32,000 nucleotides of DNA from Thermoproteus tenax Kra 1 (GCF_000253055.1 NC_016070.1:300001-332000), one strand, 5' to 3'; counted from the first letter of the stretch, positions 23,408 through 32,000 are shown. Notes: generated by a model from the sequence alone, not told the origin. Translations and numbers: made by a program.

Positions 23408-23788
23408 CTATGCCCTCTCCCGACTGGGTGGATCGTCTGCGGCACTCCCCAGAGGGATCTCCAACGTATAGTCTATCTCCTTGCCCTCTACGACTATCCT
23501 TATGTGCCTCCTCTTCGCCTTGACGTCCCTCTTAGGCTTGAAGACTACTATGTAGCTCCCGTCGGAGCTCTGCTCGTACGACTCGACTGTCCACTCCTCT
23601 CCGGCGCACTCGCTGTACATGCCGGCGAAGTCCTCGAAGTAGTCGACGGTGCCGCAGGTGTAGCACATGTTGCCGTAGAACCTCGCCGTTATAGCTCGGT
23701 CATCGGCGCTCAGTATATCTACGAGGGCCTCCGCCCCGAAGACCCCTCTGAATCTGCCCAAGGCCTCCTCGAGGCATCCCACGGCCAC
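23408..23788 (-). CDS. Small hypothetical cytoplasmic protein containing a CYTCG motif
   Basis: The track ORF 23408-24298 is mostly antisense to the ABC ATPase gene. I trimmed it to an in-frame GTG (23788 or 23782) downstream of the TATA-like CCTTTTTATATGG at 23799-23811. Product: VAVGCLEEALGRFRGVFGAEALVDILSADDRAITARFYGNMCYTCGTVDYFEDF...IVVFKPK... An ATG at 23866 is an alternative start. Confidence 0.5.
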   Translation of the reverse strand: MAVGCLEEALGRFRGVFGAEALVDILSADDRAITARFYGNMCYTCGTVDYFEDFAGMYSECAGEEWTVESYEQSSDGSYIVVFKPKRDVKAKRRHIRIVVEGKEIDYTLEIPLGSAADDPPSRERA

Positions 23789-23852
23789 ACCCCGAAGCCC
23801 ATATAAAAAGGCTTTCGCTGCAACGTTTAAAAGGATCTTCGGAGGGCCCTCT

Positions 23853-24569
23853 ATGTCCGTCTGCATTGCGGCGGAGGGCCTCGTCAAAAGGTACGGCTCC
23901 ATCGAGGCCCTCAGCGGGGTGAGCTTCGAGGTGAAGTGCGGCGAGTCCGTGGCCCTCCTCGGCCCGAACGGCGCAGGCAAATCGACGACTCTGAGGATAC
24001 TCGCGGGCCTCCTCAGACCGGACGCAGGCAGGGCGTCCGTCTGCGGGCACGACGTCCAGGCCAGGTCCAGGGAGGCGAAGGCGTGCCTCGGCTTTCTGCC
24101 GGAGGACGCCGTGCCGTTCCTCAATCTGACCGTGAGAGAGAACCTCCAGTATATGGCCGTGCTCCGGGGCCTCCCCAGCTCCGCCGTCGACGAGGCGCTC
24201 AAGCTGCTCAACATAGAGGAGCTTGCGGACAAGACGGCGGCCTCGCTCTCAAGGGGCAACAGGCAGAGGCTGGCCATCGCGCTGGCGGTGATGCACAAGC
24301 CGAAGGTCCTCCTCCTCGACGAGCCTCTGAACTACCTCGACATCCCCACTCAGCAGGACGCCATCAAGCTCTTCCAGTCTCTGAAGTCCTCCGGGTCGGC
24401 CATACTCGTCTCCACGCACATAATGTCGGTGGCCGAGAGGCTCGCGGACAGAGTCCTCGTGATAAACAGAGGGAGGATAGTCTGGCAGGGGCCGATGGAG
24501 GAGCTCAGGGAGAGGGCGGCCGACGCAGGCGAGAGGATAGAGGACGTGGTGGCCCGCTTGATGAGATGA
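23853..24569 (+). CDS. ABC transporter ATP-binding protein
   Basis: Walker A GPNGAGKST, signature LSRGNRQRLAIA, and Walker B VLLLDEP. TATA-like GTTTAAAAGG lies about 24 nt upstream of the ATG. Confidence 0.9.
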   Translation: MSVCIAAEGLVKRYGSIEALSGVSFEVKCGESVALLGPNGAGKSTTLRILAGLLRPDAGRASVCGHDVQARSREAKACLGFLPEDAVPFLNLTVRENLQYMAVLRGLPSSAVDEALKLLNIEELADKTAASLSRGNRQRLAIALAVMHKPKVLLLDEPLNYLDIPTQQDAIKLFQSLKSSGSAILVSTHIMSVAERLADRVLVINRGRIVWQGPMEELRERAADAGERIEDVVARLMR

Positions 24570-26038
24570 AGCTCCTCAAACTGGCCTACTATCAAGTGAA
24601 GCAGTTGTACTCCAAGGGGCTCCTGATCTTCTACGCCGTGATGGCGGCAAGCGTTCTATTACCTTATCTGGCCTTTCCGACTGCGAGGGAGGCTGCGCAG
24701 CAATCCTATATGGGCGGGTACATAGCGCTGGCGTCGGTGGCTTTGAGCATCCTGGTTGTGGCAATAGCTGGAAGATTCGCCGTTGCAAAGCAAGACGCAG
24801 ACTTCATCTTCACTGCTCCGATCGATCCCAAACAGATATTTTTAGCGAGGGTCATAGCCGAGGCCTTCTTCATAATCGGATTTCTATTGTTCGTTACATT
24901 GCCATTCTCCTCGCTGGAGGGGCCCTACGGCGCAGCCCTCTATCTGGCCACTCTGTTGTCGTCAGGCCTCCTGTTTAGCGCCGCGGAGTTGAGCGCGCTC
25001 CTCTCGGGGAAGGTCCAGCGCTTCCTCTACATCGGCGTCCCCATAGCCTTAATCGCGCTGTTGTTCATAGACCCTCAGATCACCCCCCTCTACGGCCTCT
25101 TCCGCCCATCGCCCCTCAGAGCCCTTGAGGCGATCGCCTTGGCTGCGGCGTATCTGGCTGCCGCGCCCTACAAGAGGGTCGAGGAGCTGTCCACGAACGT
25201 CTACGGCGTGCTAACCTGGGCGCCCCAGCCACGCATAATTGGGAGGCCCTCGGCCCTCTCCCACACCCTCTGGGGAGTCATCTGGCACACATCCGTCAGA
25301 TCGACTGTGAACATACGCCTTAAAACGCCCGGCAGCGTTACGACCGTCCGGCAGACTAGGACGAACGTCTTCAAGTCCCTTCTGCCCATAGTGGCGGCAG
25401 TAGCCGCAGTATACACATTCATTGTCCTACGCGCGAGCTGGATCGGCGAGGTTGAGTCTGCGTCCATCGTTGGCTCTTTGCTCCTCTTTTATGGCTTCCT
25501 CTCCGGCTCCATAACGCTGACGGCCGAGAGGCTCTGGATAAGCTTGGCGGCGGATCCCATAAGGTATTTACGCTACAGAATGGCCGCCAGAACGATCATA
25601 GCGGCCGTGATGTACGCGCCCTGGGCCGCGGCATTTTTGATCCAGAGCGCGGTCTTTCCGCCGTCCATCTTTCTGGAGGTCGCCCTGGCGTCGGCCGTAT
25701 TGGTTCTGCCCAGCGCCACTTGGCTTCTGGCCTCCGTCAAGCCGCCTCCGCAGATCAGGGAGCTGGGCGTAGCTCAGGCGCCGCAGAGACTCTCGCTCTG
25801 GAACCTCCTACAGGGCCTCGCGGCGCTCCTCTACATCTCCTTTGCCCTGTCCCCCTACGGGCTGGCTGTGGCCGCCTACTTCCTCAAGCTGGAGCTCCTC
25901 CGGCAGATAGCCCTGATAGACGCGGCCGTCGTGCTGTCCCTCTCGGCGGCCTTCTTCTACGTCACAGTTGTGTCCGAGAGGGGGGCTCCGCTGTGGAGCT
26001 GGGCTGTGAGCAAGCTGTCGGAGAACGGCTACGTGTGA
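24566..26038 (+). CDS. Polytopic membrane protein, the putative permease partner of the ABC ATPase (putative ABC-exporter type)
   Basis: The ATG at 24566 overlaps the ATPase stop in an ATGA junction. The 490-aa product has many TM segments (MKLLKLAYYQVKQLYSKGLLIFYAVMAASVLL...). The upstream part of track ORF 23936-26038 is an alternative frame of the ATPase gene. Confidence 0.7.
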   Translation: MKLLKLAYYQVKQLYSKGLLIFYAVMAASVLLPYLAFPTAREAAQQSYMGGYIALASVALSILVVAIAGRFAVAKQDADFIFTAPIDPKQIFLARVIAEAFFIIGFLLFVTLPFSSLEGPYGAALYLATLLSSGLLFSAAELSALLSGKVQRFLYIGVPIALIALLFIDPQITPLYGLFRPSPLRALEAIALAAAYLAAAPYKRVEELSTNVYGVLTWAPQPRIIGRPSALSHTLWGVIWHTSVRSTVNIRLKTPGSVTTVRQTRTNVFKSLLPIVAAVAAVYTFIVLRASWIGEVESASIVGSLLLFYGFLSGSITLTAERLWISLAADPIRYLRYRMAARTIIAAVMYAPWAAAFLIQSAVFPPSIFLEVALASAVLVLPSATWLLASVKPPPQIRELGVAQAPQRLSLWNLLQGLAALLYISFALSPYGLAVAAYFLKLELLRQIALIDAAVVLSLSAAFFYVTVVSERGAPLWSWAVSKLSENGYV

Positions 26039-26529
26039 GAGCTCCGTAGCAGGGCCTTAGCCGTCTCCAGGAGCTTCTCTATCTGCGGCGCGGCGGCTTT
26101 GACGTGCTCCACAGCCAACGCGGCCTCGTGGACGTGTAGGTCGTACGCCGCGCTCCAGCCGATGTTGATCTGGGGCTGGTTCAATATGGCGCTGAGGGTC
26201 TTCGCCGCTCTGGCCAGGAGCTTAGTCCACCACCTCCCCTCTCTCCTTGCCTCAGCCGCCTCCGGAGTCTTGAACCACGTAGCCAGAGCCTTTACGCACT
26301 CCTCAGCGGCTTTATACAGCTTCTCGCTTGCCTGCACGGGGTCACCCCTCTCGGCATACTGCATAGCCTCGGCGTAGAACCTCTCTGCCAACCTAACCCT
26401 CTCCGCCGCCTCCTCAGGCGGGTCCAGTTCAGACAACAACTTGTCTAAAACCTCGGCCTCTACGTCAACGCCGCGTCTAGACAGCAGTTCGTAGACCGGC
26501 TTCGGGATCTTGATTTCTACAAACTCCAC
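26029..26529 (-). CDS. PaREP1-family protein
   Basis: Contains ...AERVRLAERFYAEAMQYAERGDPVQASEKLYKAAEECVKALATWF...RWWTKLLARAAKTL...AAYDLHVHEAAL..., which is PaREP1-like as I recall the family. GTG start, with TTTTATTTATAAACCC about 25 nt upstream. The 3' end overlaps the permease 3' end by 10 nt. Confidence 0.65.
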   Translation of the reverse strand: MEFVEIKIPKPVYELLSRRGVDVEAEVLDKLLSELDPPEEAAERVRLAERFYAEAMQYAERGDPVQASEKLYKAAEECVKALATWFKTPEAAEARREGRWWTKLLARAAKTLSAILNQPQINIGWSAAYDLHVHEAALAVEHVKAAAPQIEKLLETAKALLRSSHT

Positions 26530-26949
26530 GTTTCATGCCACGGGTTTATAAATAAAACGCCGTGACACAACCTCTGCAGGATACCGGAGTACAACCGGAA
26601 GCCCGCCCTTCAGGTAGGAACTGTTTTATATTCGTGTCCTCCCGCCACCGTGGATTGGGGGAGGATTGCCTTGTGGTTTTACGCTGGGTTTTTGCCGGCG
26701 CACTTTCTACGGCTAGTAGAGAGGGCGCCTACGCAAACATCGTCCTCTTTCCCGTGTTAATTTTCGCGGGGGAGGACCCCTTCGCCGTGTTGCTTGGCTT
26801 CGCCATCGCTCCGGCGACAAAGTTATCGATCGAGGCCATGTGGCTGAGCCATTGGGGGATACGTTGCTCCCCGCCCGAGGACCCCGGCGCCACTGCGCCC
26901 CAGGCGGGGCTCTCGGCCGGGGGAGGGGCGCCCTCTCCTACGCTCCGCC

Positions 26950-28299
26950 TTATATATTTTTCAGCCTCCGGATCAGGGTCCGGAGGTCTATGAGGTCGGC
27001 CCCCTCGGCGCCCTGCGCGAACTCTCTGGCGAATATGGCGTATTTCACCTGCCAGCCGGGGGGCACCAGCGTCTGCGCGGCGGCCCTCAGCTTCGGCAGT
27101 ATCTGGGCCGGGTCGGCCCGGCCCCACTTGGCCTCGGCCAGAACCGCCAACCTCTCCTCCTCGTTTCTGGCGAAGGCGTCCACCTCCACTTGGACGCGCC
27201 TCCCCCCGGACCTAACGGCCACCACCTCCCTCGTGGCCTTGGGGACTGGGTAGAGGTGGGGGACGATCTCCCGCACCAGCGCCTCGAAGGCCCAGGGGTA
27301 GAAGTCCTCCAGCGCGGCGGCCGCCTCGTCGGCCAGTTTGTGCTCCGGCGTCGTCTCCCTCCTGCGGTAGACGGCCCTCAGCCAGAAGGCGTAGAATCTG
27401 TCCCTCAGCTCGTAGTAGACCCTTCTGCCCCTCCGGCGCTCTAGGATGTGTAAGACGTCGGTGAGCTCGTGTAGATAGGGCGGGAGGGAGGTGGCTTTAA
27501 CGCCGGCGTGGGAGGCGATCTGCTCCAGCTTGGTGGCGCCCTCGGCCACCGCGTCCAATATTGCGAGGTGGGTTCTGTACTCCCTCCCAAGCGACTCGGC
27601 GAGGACTCTCTCCACCTCGTCGCGGAGCGGCGCGCCCTCGCCCGCCACCAGAGCCCTCACGGCCTCCTCGGCTGTCTTCACCCCCCACCTCTCGGCCAGC
27701 CTGTAGTAGTACGGGACGCCGCCGAAGAGGAGGTACAGCCTAAGGGCCTCCTCCTCCGACACGCCCATTTCGCCCAGCCACTGGAACACGGCTGAGGGAG
27801 GCAGCTCGCCCAGCTCCAGCACTAGGTCGGCTCTTCCGAAGAGAGGCGAGCCCGACTCGGCCACCAGCCTCTTCACCATCCCCACCACAGACCCCGTCAC
27901 TACGATCGACGGCTTCTCCCGTCTGACGTCCCACATCCTCTGCAGGATGTAGAGGACCTCCGGCGCCACCTCCAGAAACCACTGGAACTCGTCGAAGGCC
28001 ACTACGTACCCCCTCAGGCTGAAGAGGGCGTCGAAGAGCTCCTCCCAGCTCTGGAATCTCACATACGGCGGGAGGCCAGCCGCCCTTTTGACCGCCTCCC
28101 CATACTCCTCCAGGAGGAGCCGCCAGGGCTTCTTGGGGTTGACGAAGAGGTAGAGGTGGGGCCTCCCCTCAAGGAACTTGAGCACGAGGGCCGTCTTGCC
28201 TATCCTCCTTCTGCCGTAGATGACCGCCAGGAAGGGCTCCCTCAGCCGGCCCAACAGAGACAACTCCCTCTCCCGGCCGTATAACTTTATTACATCCAT
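26950..28299 (-). CDS. Archaeal ATPase-family NTPase (Arch_ATPase-type P-loop) with a C-terminal DUF234 / PD-(D/E)xK-like domain
   Basis: Contains LYGRERELSLLGRL...VIYGRRRIGKTALV (Walker A), VVAFDEFQW (Walker B), and C-terminal VQVEVDAFARNEEERLAVLAEAKWG. The start is set at the ATG at 28299 (MDVIKLYGRE), with CTTTTAAGCTATATTC upstream. Confidence 0.8.
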   Translation of the reverse strand: MDVIKLYGRERELSLLGRLREPFLAVIYGRRRIGKTALVLKFLEGRPHLYLFVNPKKPWRLLLEEYGEAVKRAAGLPPYVRFQSWEELFDALFSLRGYVVAFDEFQWFLEVAPEVLYILQRMWDVRREKPSIVVTGSVVGMVKRLVAESGSPLFGRADLVLELGELPPSAVFQWLGEMGVSEEEALRLYLLFGGVPYYYRLAERWGVKTAEEAVRALVAGEGAPLRDEVERVLAESLGREYRTHLAILDAVAEGATKLEQIASHAGVKATSLPPYLHELTDVLHILERRRGRRVYYELRDRFYAFWLRAVYRRRETTPEHKLADEAAAALEDFYPWAFEALVREIVPHLYPVPKATREVVAVRSGGRRVQVEVDAFARNEEERLAVLAEAKWGRADPAQILPKLRAAAQTLVPPGWQVKYAIFAREFAQGAEGADLIDLRTLIRRLKNI

Positions 28300-28377
28300 A
28301 ATAATTACAAACAGAATATAGCTTAAAAGGCTGTGCGGCAAGGCAACCGCCGGCCGCAGCCGCAGCGGGGCTACGGC

Positions 28378-28917
28378 CTAGGGCCGCGCCTGCGCCGCTA
28401 TGACCCTCAGCAGAGGCTCAACCTCGCCGCTCAGTTTGGCCAAGTTCTCGTCAAGCTCCTTGATCCTGGGCTTCACTTCATCCTCCCAGATCCTCCACAG
28501 CCTCGGAGGGGCCGACCTAGCTATCTGGGCAGCTCTGACGGACGCCGCGATCTCCAGCGGCCTCAGCTCCCAGGGCAGCCGCTCGGCCTCGTAGGCCATC
28601 GCAGCTCTGAACCTCTCCCCCAGCTCAGCCGCCTGGAGGTGGTGCGCAAAGAGGTGGAGTATAGTTGGGAGAGTGGCCCTATAGAAGAAGACCAGGGCGC
28701 CGTCCGAGTATCTGCCGGCGATCCCTCTGCAGAGGCCCGGCCGCTCTTGGCCGCACTCATCTGTTGGAACGGCCGTGGCCACGACCCTCGGCCTGGAGAC
28801 GCCGAACTGCTCCGAGAGGCCCTCGACGATTCCCTCGACGCTGTTCTCTATGTCGGAGAGCGGCCTCAGGACGAGCTCTCTGAGTATATCGTTAAACCTC
28901 CTCAAGTCCATATACAA
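28378..28917 (-). CDS. Hypothetical protein with a degenerate zincin-like motif (HLFAH in place of HExxH)
   Basis: ...DECGQERPGLCRGIAGRYSDGALVFFYRATLPTILHLFAHHLQ... resembles the beta-hairpin plus HExxH helix of minimal zincins (SprT/DUF45-like), but with Leu replacing the catalytic Glu. The C-terminal half is helical. This is inference only. Confidence 0.45.
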   Translation of the reverse strand: MYMDLRRFNDILRELVLRPLSDIENSVEGIVEGLSEQFGVSRPRVVATAVPTDECGQERPGLCRGIAGRYSDGALVFFYRATLPTILHLFAHHLQAAELGERFRAAMAYEAERLPWELRPLEIAASVRAAQIARSAPPRLWRIWEDEVKPRIKELDENLAKLSGEVEPLLRVIAAQARP

Positions 28918-28956
28918 AATAACCGCTTCTAATTAATTTATCGCGGTCCCTCCATC

Positions 28957-29493
28957 GTGTTGGTGGCCATCGTGGGGCCCATGTTCGCCGGCAAGACGAC
29001 CGAGCTCATCAGGCTTGTGGAGAGACAGGTGATAGCCGGGAGGAGGGCCATCGTCTTCAAACCGACTATAGACGACAGATACGACCCCGACGCCGTGGCG
29101 GCGCACAACGGCGCCAAGTACAAGGCGGTTAGGGTCGCTCCCGACGAGTCCGGCGTCGGGGCCATCAAGGAGCTGTCGGCGTCCTACCAAGTCGTGGCCG
29201 TGGACGAGGTGCAGTTCTTCCCCCCGTCGTTGGCCGAGGTTTTAAACGAGCTAGCCGACGAGAAGCTCGTGGTAGCGGCCGGGCTCAATCTGGACTACAG
29301 AGGACAGCCCTTTGAGACAACCATGAGGATAATGGCCTACGCGGACAAAGTGGTCTCCCTCACCGCCGTCTGCACCGTCTGCGGCAGGCCGGCGACGAGG
29401 ACCCAGAGGCTCGCCCCAGGACCCAGGATCTACGTGGGAGGCGCAGGCCTGTACGAGGCGCGCTGCAGGAGGCACCACTCGGTCCCCGGCTAG
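28957..29493 (+). CDS. tdk: Thymidine kinase
   Basis: Contains VGPMFAGKTTELIR (P-loop), VVAVDEVQFF, and a C-terminal Zn ribbon CTVCGRPA...ARCRRHH. GTG start. Confidence 0.9.
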   Translation: MLVAIVGPMFAGKTTELIRLVERQVIAGRRAIVFKPTIDDRYDPDAVAAHNGAKYKAVRVAPDESGVGAIKELSASYQVVAVDEVQFFPPSLAEVLNELADEKLVVAAGLNLDYRGQPFETTMRIMAYADKVVSLTAVCTVCGRPATRTQRLAPGPRIYVGGAGLYEARCRRHHSVPG

Positions 29494-30425
29494 CGCTCGA
29501 GCGCCTTGAGCTCTGCGCCGTATTTGGCCGGTATAGACAAAAGAGCTTCGAGGTGCTCCCTCGGCAGCGGCCTCCCGTCGCTCGCCGCCGCGTACTCCTC
29601 CAGCTCATCGACGCTCGTGGCGGTGACCAGGACGGAGGTTATGGGGAAAGACAATACGAACTTCAACGCGTACTGGCCCAGGGTGTAGCCCAGCTCCCTC
29701 GCCAGAGGCGCCACCTCTCTTTCAACTATCTCTCTGGCTCTGGCCAGCCACTCGGGCCTTCTGAGGGATCTGTGGTCCTCGCCGGGGAACCTAGGCCTAA
29801 ATCTATCGGTCAGAACCTCGCTGGCGTGAGGCACTCTGGCCAAGAGCATCCTCCCTCTGCCCGCCTCTATGAGCTGGAGGCCGGGCTGTTGTTCCAGTAT
29901 ATTGAAGACGAACATTATGGAGTCGTAGCCCATCTGCAGCGCGGCCAGCCCCTCCTCCAACACGTCCACCTCGGGCCCGAGCGCAACTCCCACGAACCTC
30001 CCGTAGACTCCTCTGAGGCCCAAGAAGTAGGAGGACTCCCTTATCTCCGCCGCCGTGGGGTTGTGGAGCTGGATCAAGTCGGGGATCCTCCCGAGCCTCT
30101 CGACCGACCTCCTCAGAGCAACCTCGACGTACTCTCTGTCGTACCTCCTCCTGGGCCTGCCCCCAGCGTAGAAGTCGTAGCCCACCTTAGTGGCCACCAC
30201 TACGCCCTCGGCGCCGGCGAGCAGCTCGCCCAACAGCTGCTCCGCCTTGCCTGAGCCGTAGACGTCGGCTACGTCGAAGAAGTTTATGCCGAGGTCGAGG
30301 GCCTTCCCCACCAGCCTCCTCGCCTCGTCTCTCCCCAGTCTGCCGTACATATCTCCGAGCACCCACGCCCCGAAGCCTATCTCGGAGATCCGCAGAGGGC
30401 CGTAGGAGCGCGCCTCCACGCTCAT
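29490..30425 (-). CDS. Aldo/keto reductase
   Basis: Contains ISEIGFGAWVLG...ALDLGINFFDVADVYGSGKAEQLLGE...IQLHNP, the AKR family pattern. Confidence 0.85.
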   Translation of the reverse strand: MSVEARSYGPLRISEIGFGAWVLGDMYGRLGRDEARRLVGKALDLGINFFDVADVYGSGKAEQLLGELLAGAEGVVVATKVGYDFYAGGRPRRRYDREYVEVALRRSVERLGRIPDLIQLHNPTAAEIRESSYFLGLRGVYGRFVGVALGPEVDVLEEGLAALQMGYDSIMFVFNILEQQPGLQLIEAGRGRMLLARVPHASEVLTDRFRPRFPGEDHRSLRRPEWLARAREIVEREVAPLARELGYTLGQYALKFVLSFPITSVLVTATSVDELEEYAAASDGRPLPREHLEALLSIPAKYGAELKALER

Positions 30426-30469
30426 CCCGATTGACGTTAAAAAATAAATAGGCGGGCGGCCTCCCGCTT

Positions 30470-31003
30470 GTGAGGGCCTTTTTCCCGGGGAGGTTCCAGC
30501 CGCCGCACTGGGGCCACGTCAGGGCCATATCGGCAATTCTGCAGGAGGCGGACGAGGTCGTCGTAGGGGTGGGCTCGGCTCAGTTCAACTACCTTCTCAA
30601 GGACCCGTTCACAGCCGGCGAGCGTATATGGATGTTGAGGGAGGGCCTCAGAGACGGCGGAGTCGATCTGGCCAGAGTGGTCGTAGTACCCATACCGAAC
30701 GTGGAGAACAACCTCGAGTGGCTGGGGAGAGTTAAGTCCTACGCCCCTCCTTTCGACGTAGTATACACGGGCAATCCCTTCGTGGCCCTCCTCTTCCGCG
30801 AGGCGGGCGTGCCCGTCAAACAGCAGCCGCTCTTCGACAGAGGGAGGCTCAGCTCCACCAAGGTGAGGGAGCTCCTGTTGAGGGGCGACCCAGGTTGGGA
30901 GGAGCTCGTCCCGCCCTCAGTGGCCCGGATCATAAAACAGCTGGGCGGCGCCGAGAGGCTGAGGATAGCGGCGCAGGGCGAGGCGGAGCCCCACAGATGG
31001 TGA
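30470..31003 (+). CDS. nadM: Archaeal-type nicotinamide-nucleotide adenylyltransferase
   Basis: Contains FFPGRFQPPHWGHV (GRFQPxHxGH nucleotidyltransferase motif), PFTAGERIWML and SSTKVRE. Confidence 0.85.
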   Translation: MRAFFPGRFQPPHWGHVRAISAILQEADEVVVGVGSAQFNYLLKDPFTAGERIWMLREGLRDGGVDLARVVVVPIPNVENNLEWLGRVKSYAPPFDVVYTGNPFVALLFREAGVPVKQQPLFDRGRLSSTKVRELLLRGDPGWEELVPPSVARIIKQLGGAERLRIAAQGEAEPHRW

Positions 31004-31117
31004 TCAGCCCATGCTTGTGTCGCCACCGGTCGGCACCGCTATCGTTCTTCACCAAGCCTCTACAACTCGGCGGGTTAAAAGTTTCACGCGCCGCGGGCGC
31101 GCGTCGGGCGAGAGGCC

Positions 31118-32000
31118 GTGGGCTACCTAGGCGAGGTTCTGGCCGCTCAGCTCAGGGCGGCGGGCGTAGAGAGAATACGTCTCCCAAGGCGCTTCAAGTG
31201 CTCTTGGGATCCGGCACAGTGCGCCGCCGTGGAGCTCCTGTTGGGCAGAAGGAGGCTCTGCAGAAGGGGGAACGAGGCCTTTCTGGCCAAGGGCGTATGC
31301 GAGGAGGAGATACGCGTGGCCCTCACGCCTCCGCCGGTCCCGAAGATCTACATAGACTTGGGACTATGGGATGTACACACAGACAGAGAGAAGAACGAGC
31401 TCGTGGAGCAGATAGCGGCCTCGATACACGTGGTGCGCTCCCAGCTCTGGGACGGCAATTTGGCGCTGGCGAGGACGCCCTCCGAGTTTCTGGAGAGGTT
31501 CGGGAGGGCCATGAGGGGGATGCGCCACGCGGTGGCGATATCCCCCGATCCTCCGCCCGCCGGCGCCGTCTTCCTCGACCCAGAGGGGCCCTGTAGAGCC
31601 GACGAGGGGCTTCTGAGGGGGTGGGACAGCTTTGTGGTGGGAGGAGTGGTGGACAAGGAGAGGGTCTATAAGGGGGCCTCCAGGAGGCTGGCCGAGTCCG
31701 CGGGGATCCCGCCGGAGAGGAGGTGCAGGATAGAGCTGAGGGGCTCCACCGTGGGAGTCCCCGACAGAATAAATAAAATCATTGAGATTCTCCTCTCCGT
31801 GAGGTTCCGCGGCCTCTCTCTGGAGGACGCAATTCTGGAGGCGCAGGCGAAGAGGGACAAAGTCTACCGCCTTATGAGGGAGCTACAGCGCCTCGGCCCA
31901 AGAGTGCCCAGAGAGAGGGCGCTGGAGATAGCGGCCTGGCTTAAAGCGGGCGAGGACGTCTTGGAGCTCGCGGCGAGGAAGGCCAGAGTGGAGCTGGTAT
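31118..32000 (+). CDS. trm10: Trm10-type SPOUT tRNA (purine-9 N1) methyltransferase; the 3' end lies beyond the right window edge
   Basis: Not in the ORF track because it is open at the window end. Hand translation from the GTG at 31118 gives ...KIYIDLGLWDVHTDREKNELVEQIAASIHVVRSQLWDGNLALA...FVVGGVVDKERVYKGASRRLAESAGIPPERRCRIELRGSTVGVPDRINKIIEILLSV... This parallels the Sulfolobus acidocaldarius Trm10 sequence as I remember it (VIDLGL..., FLWDGNL, VIGGIVDK, LRGSIIGVPDEINKILEIIL). Confidence 0.7.
   Translation, partial: MGYLGEVLAAQLRAAGVERIRLPRRFKCSWDPAQCAAVELLLGRRRLCRRGNEAFLAKGVCEEEIRVALTPPPVPKIYIDLGLWDVHTDREKNELVEQIAASIHVVRSQLWDGNLALARTPSEFLERFGRAMRGMRHAVAISPDPPPAGAVFLDPEGPCRADEGLLRGWDSFVVGGVVDKERVYKGASRRLAESAGIPPERRCRIELRGSTVGVPDRINKIIEILLSVRFRGLSLEDAILEAQAKRDKVYRLMRELQRLGPRVPRERALEIAAWLKAGEDVLELAARKARVELV

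Noticed and set aside
23936-24565. N-terminal 210 codons of the 700-aa track ORF 23936-26038 (+)
   Set aside because: This is an Arg/Gly-rich alternative frame of the ABC ATPase gene. The permease starts at the ATG at 24566, overlapping the ATPase stop in an ATGA junction.
26562-26993. Track ORF 26562-26993 (+), 143 aa, in the gap upstream of PaREP1
   Set aside because: It has no promoter context and a mixed low-complexity composition with a Gly/Ser/Ala/Pro-rich tail. Its 3' part is antisense to the ATPase gene. I kept it only as part of the unexplained gap.

Overview
The window looks like chromosomal DNA from a high-GC hyperthermophilic crenarchaeon of the Thermoproteaceae type (Pyrobaculum/Thermoproteus-like). 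Supporting signs are GC-rich genes with many Arg-rich antisense ORFs, short AT-rich spacers with TATA-like boxes about 25-30 nt upstream of start codons (leaderless style), two PaREP1-family genes, and a 25-nt CRISPR repeat ending in ...GTAGAAAC. (1) 1-15.3 kb is mostly energy and central metabolism. It holds a divergent Rieske/cytochrome b and CbsA/CbsB-like respiratory cluster, an ArsR-type regulator and two tandem TenA-like genes. It also holds a three-subunit molybdenum hydroxylase operon whose large subunit is frameshifted, with a glucose-1-dehydrogenase-like gene directly upstream, plus a secreted phosphoesterase, a creatininase-family protein and an Lpd-like flavoprotein. (2) 15.4-18.3 kb looks like a decaying locus. 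It contains a 5'-truncated, multiply frameshifted APC permease remnant with a C10 tract, a small leader-adjacent ORF, an orphan 7-repeat CRISPR array with degenerate trailer repeats, and an apparently frameshifted Csa3-like CARF/wHTH gene. I recognise no cas genes in the window. (3) 18.7-28.9 kb has an accessory flavour. It carries two coiled-coil tandem-repeat proteins (RIDETNK repeats, and RWEENN Trp heptads fused to a restriction-endonuclease-like domain), two PaREP1 genes, an Arch_ATPase/DUF234 NTPase, a protein with a degenerate zincin-like motif, an ABC exporter pair, and several unusual 300-500-nt GC-rich gene-free gaps. One gap (19.55-19.96 kb) contains a hand-folded RNase P-like P1-P4 pseudoknot on the minus strand; this is a low-certainty ncRNA candidate. 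(4) 28.9-32 kb is housekeeping: tdk, an aldo/keto reductase, NMN adenylyltransferase and a Trm10-like SPOUT methyltransferase that runs off the right edge. All functional calls rest on motifs read by eye from the translations. No database search was run.
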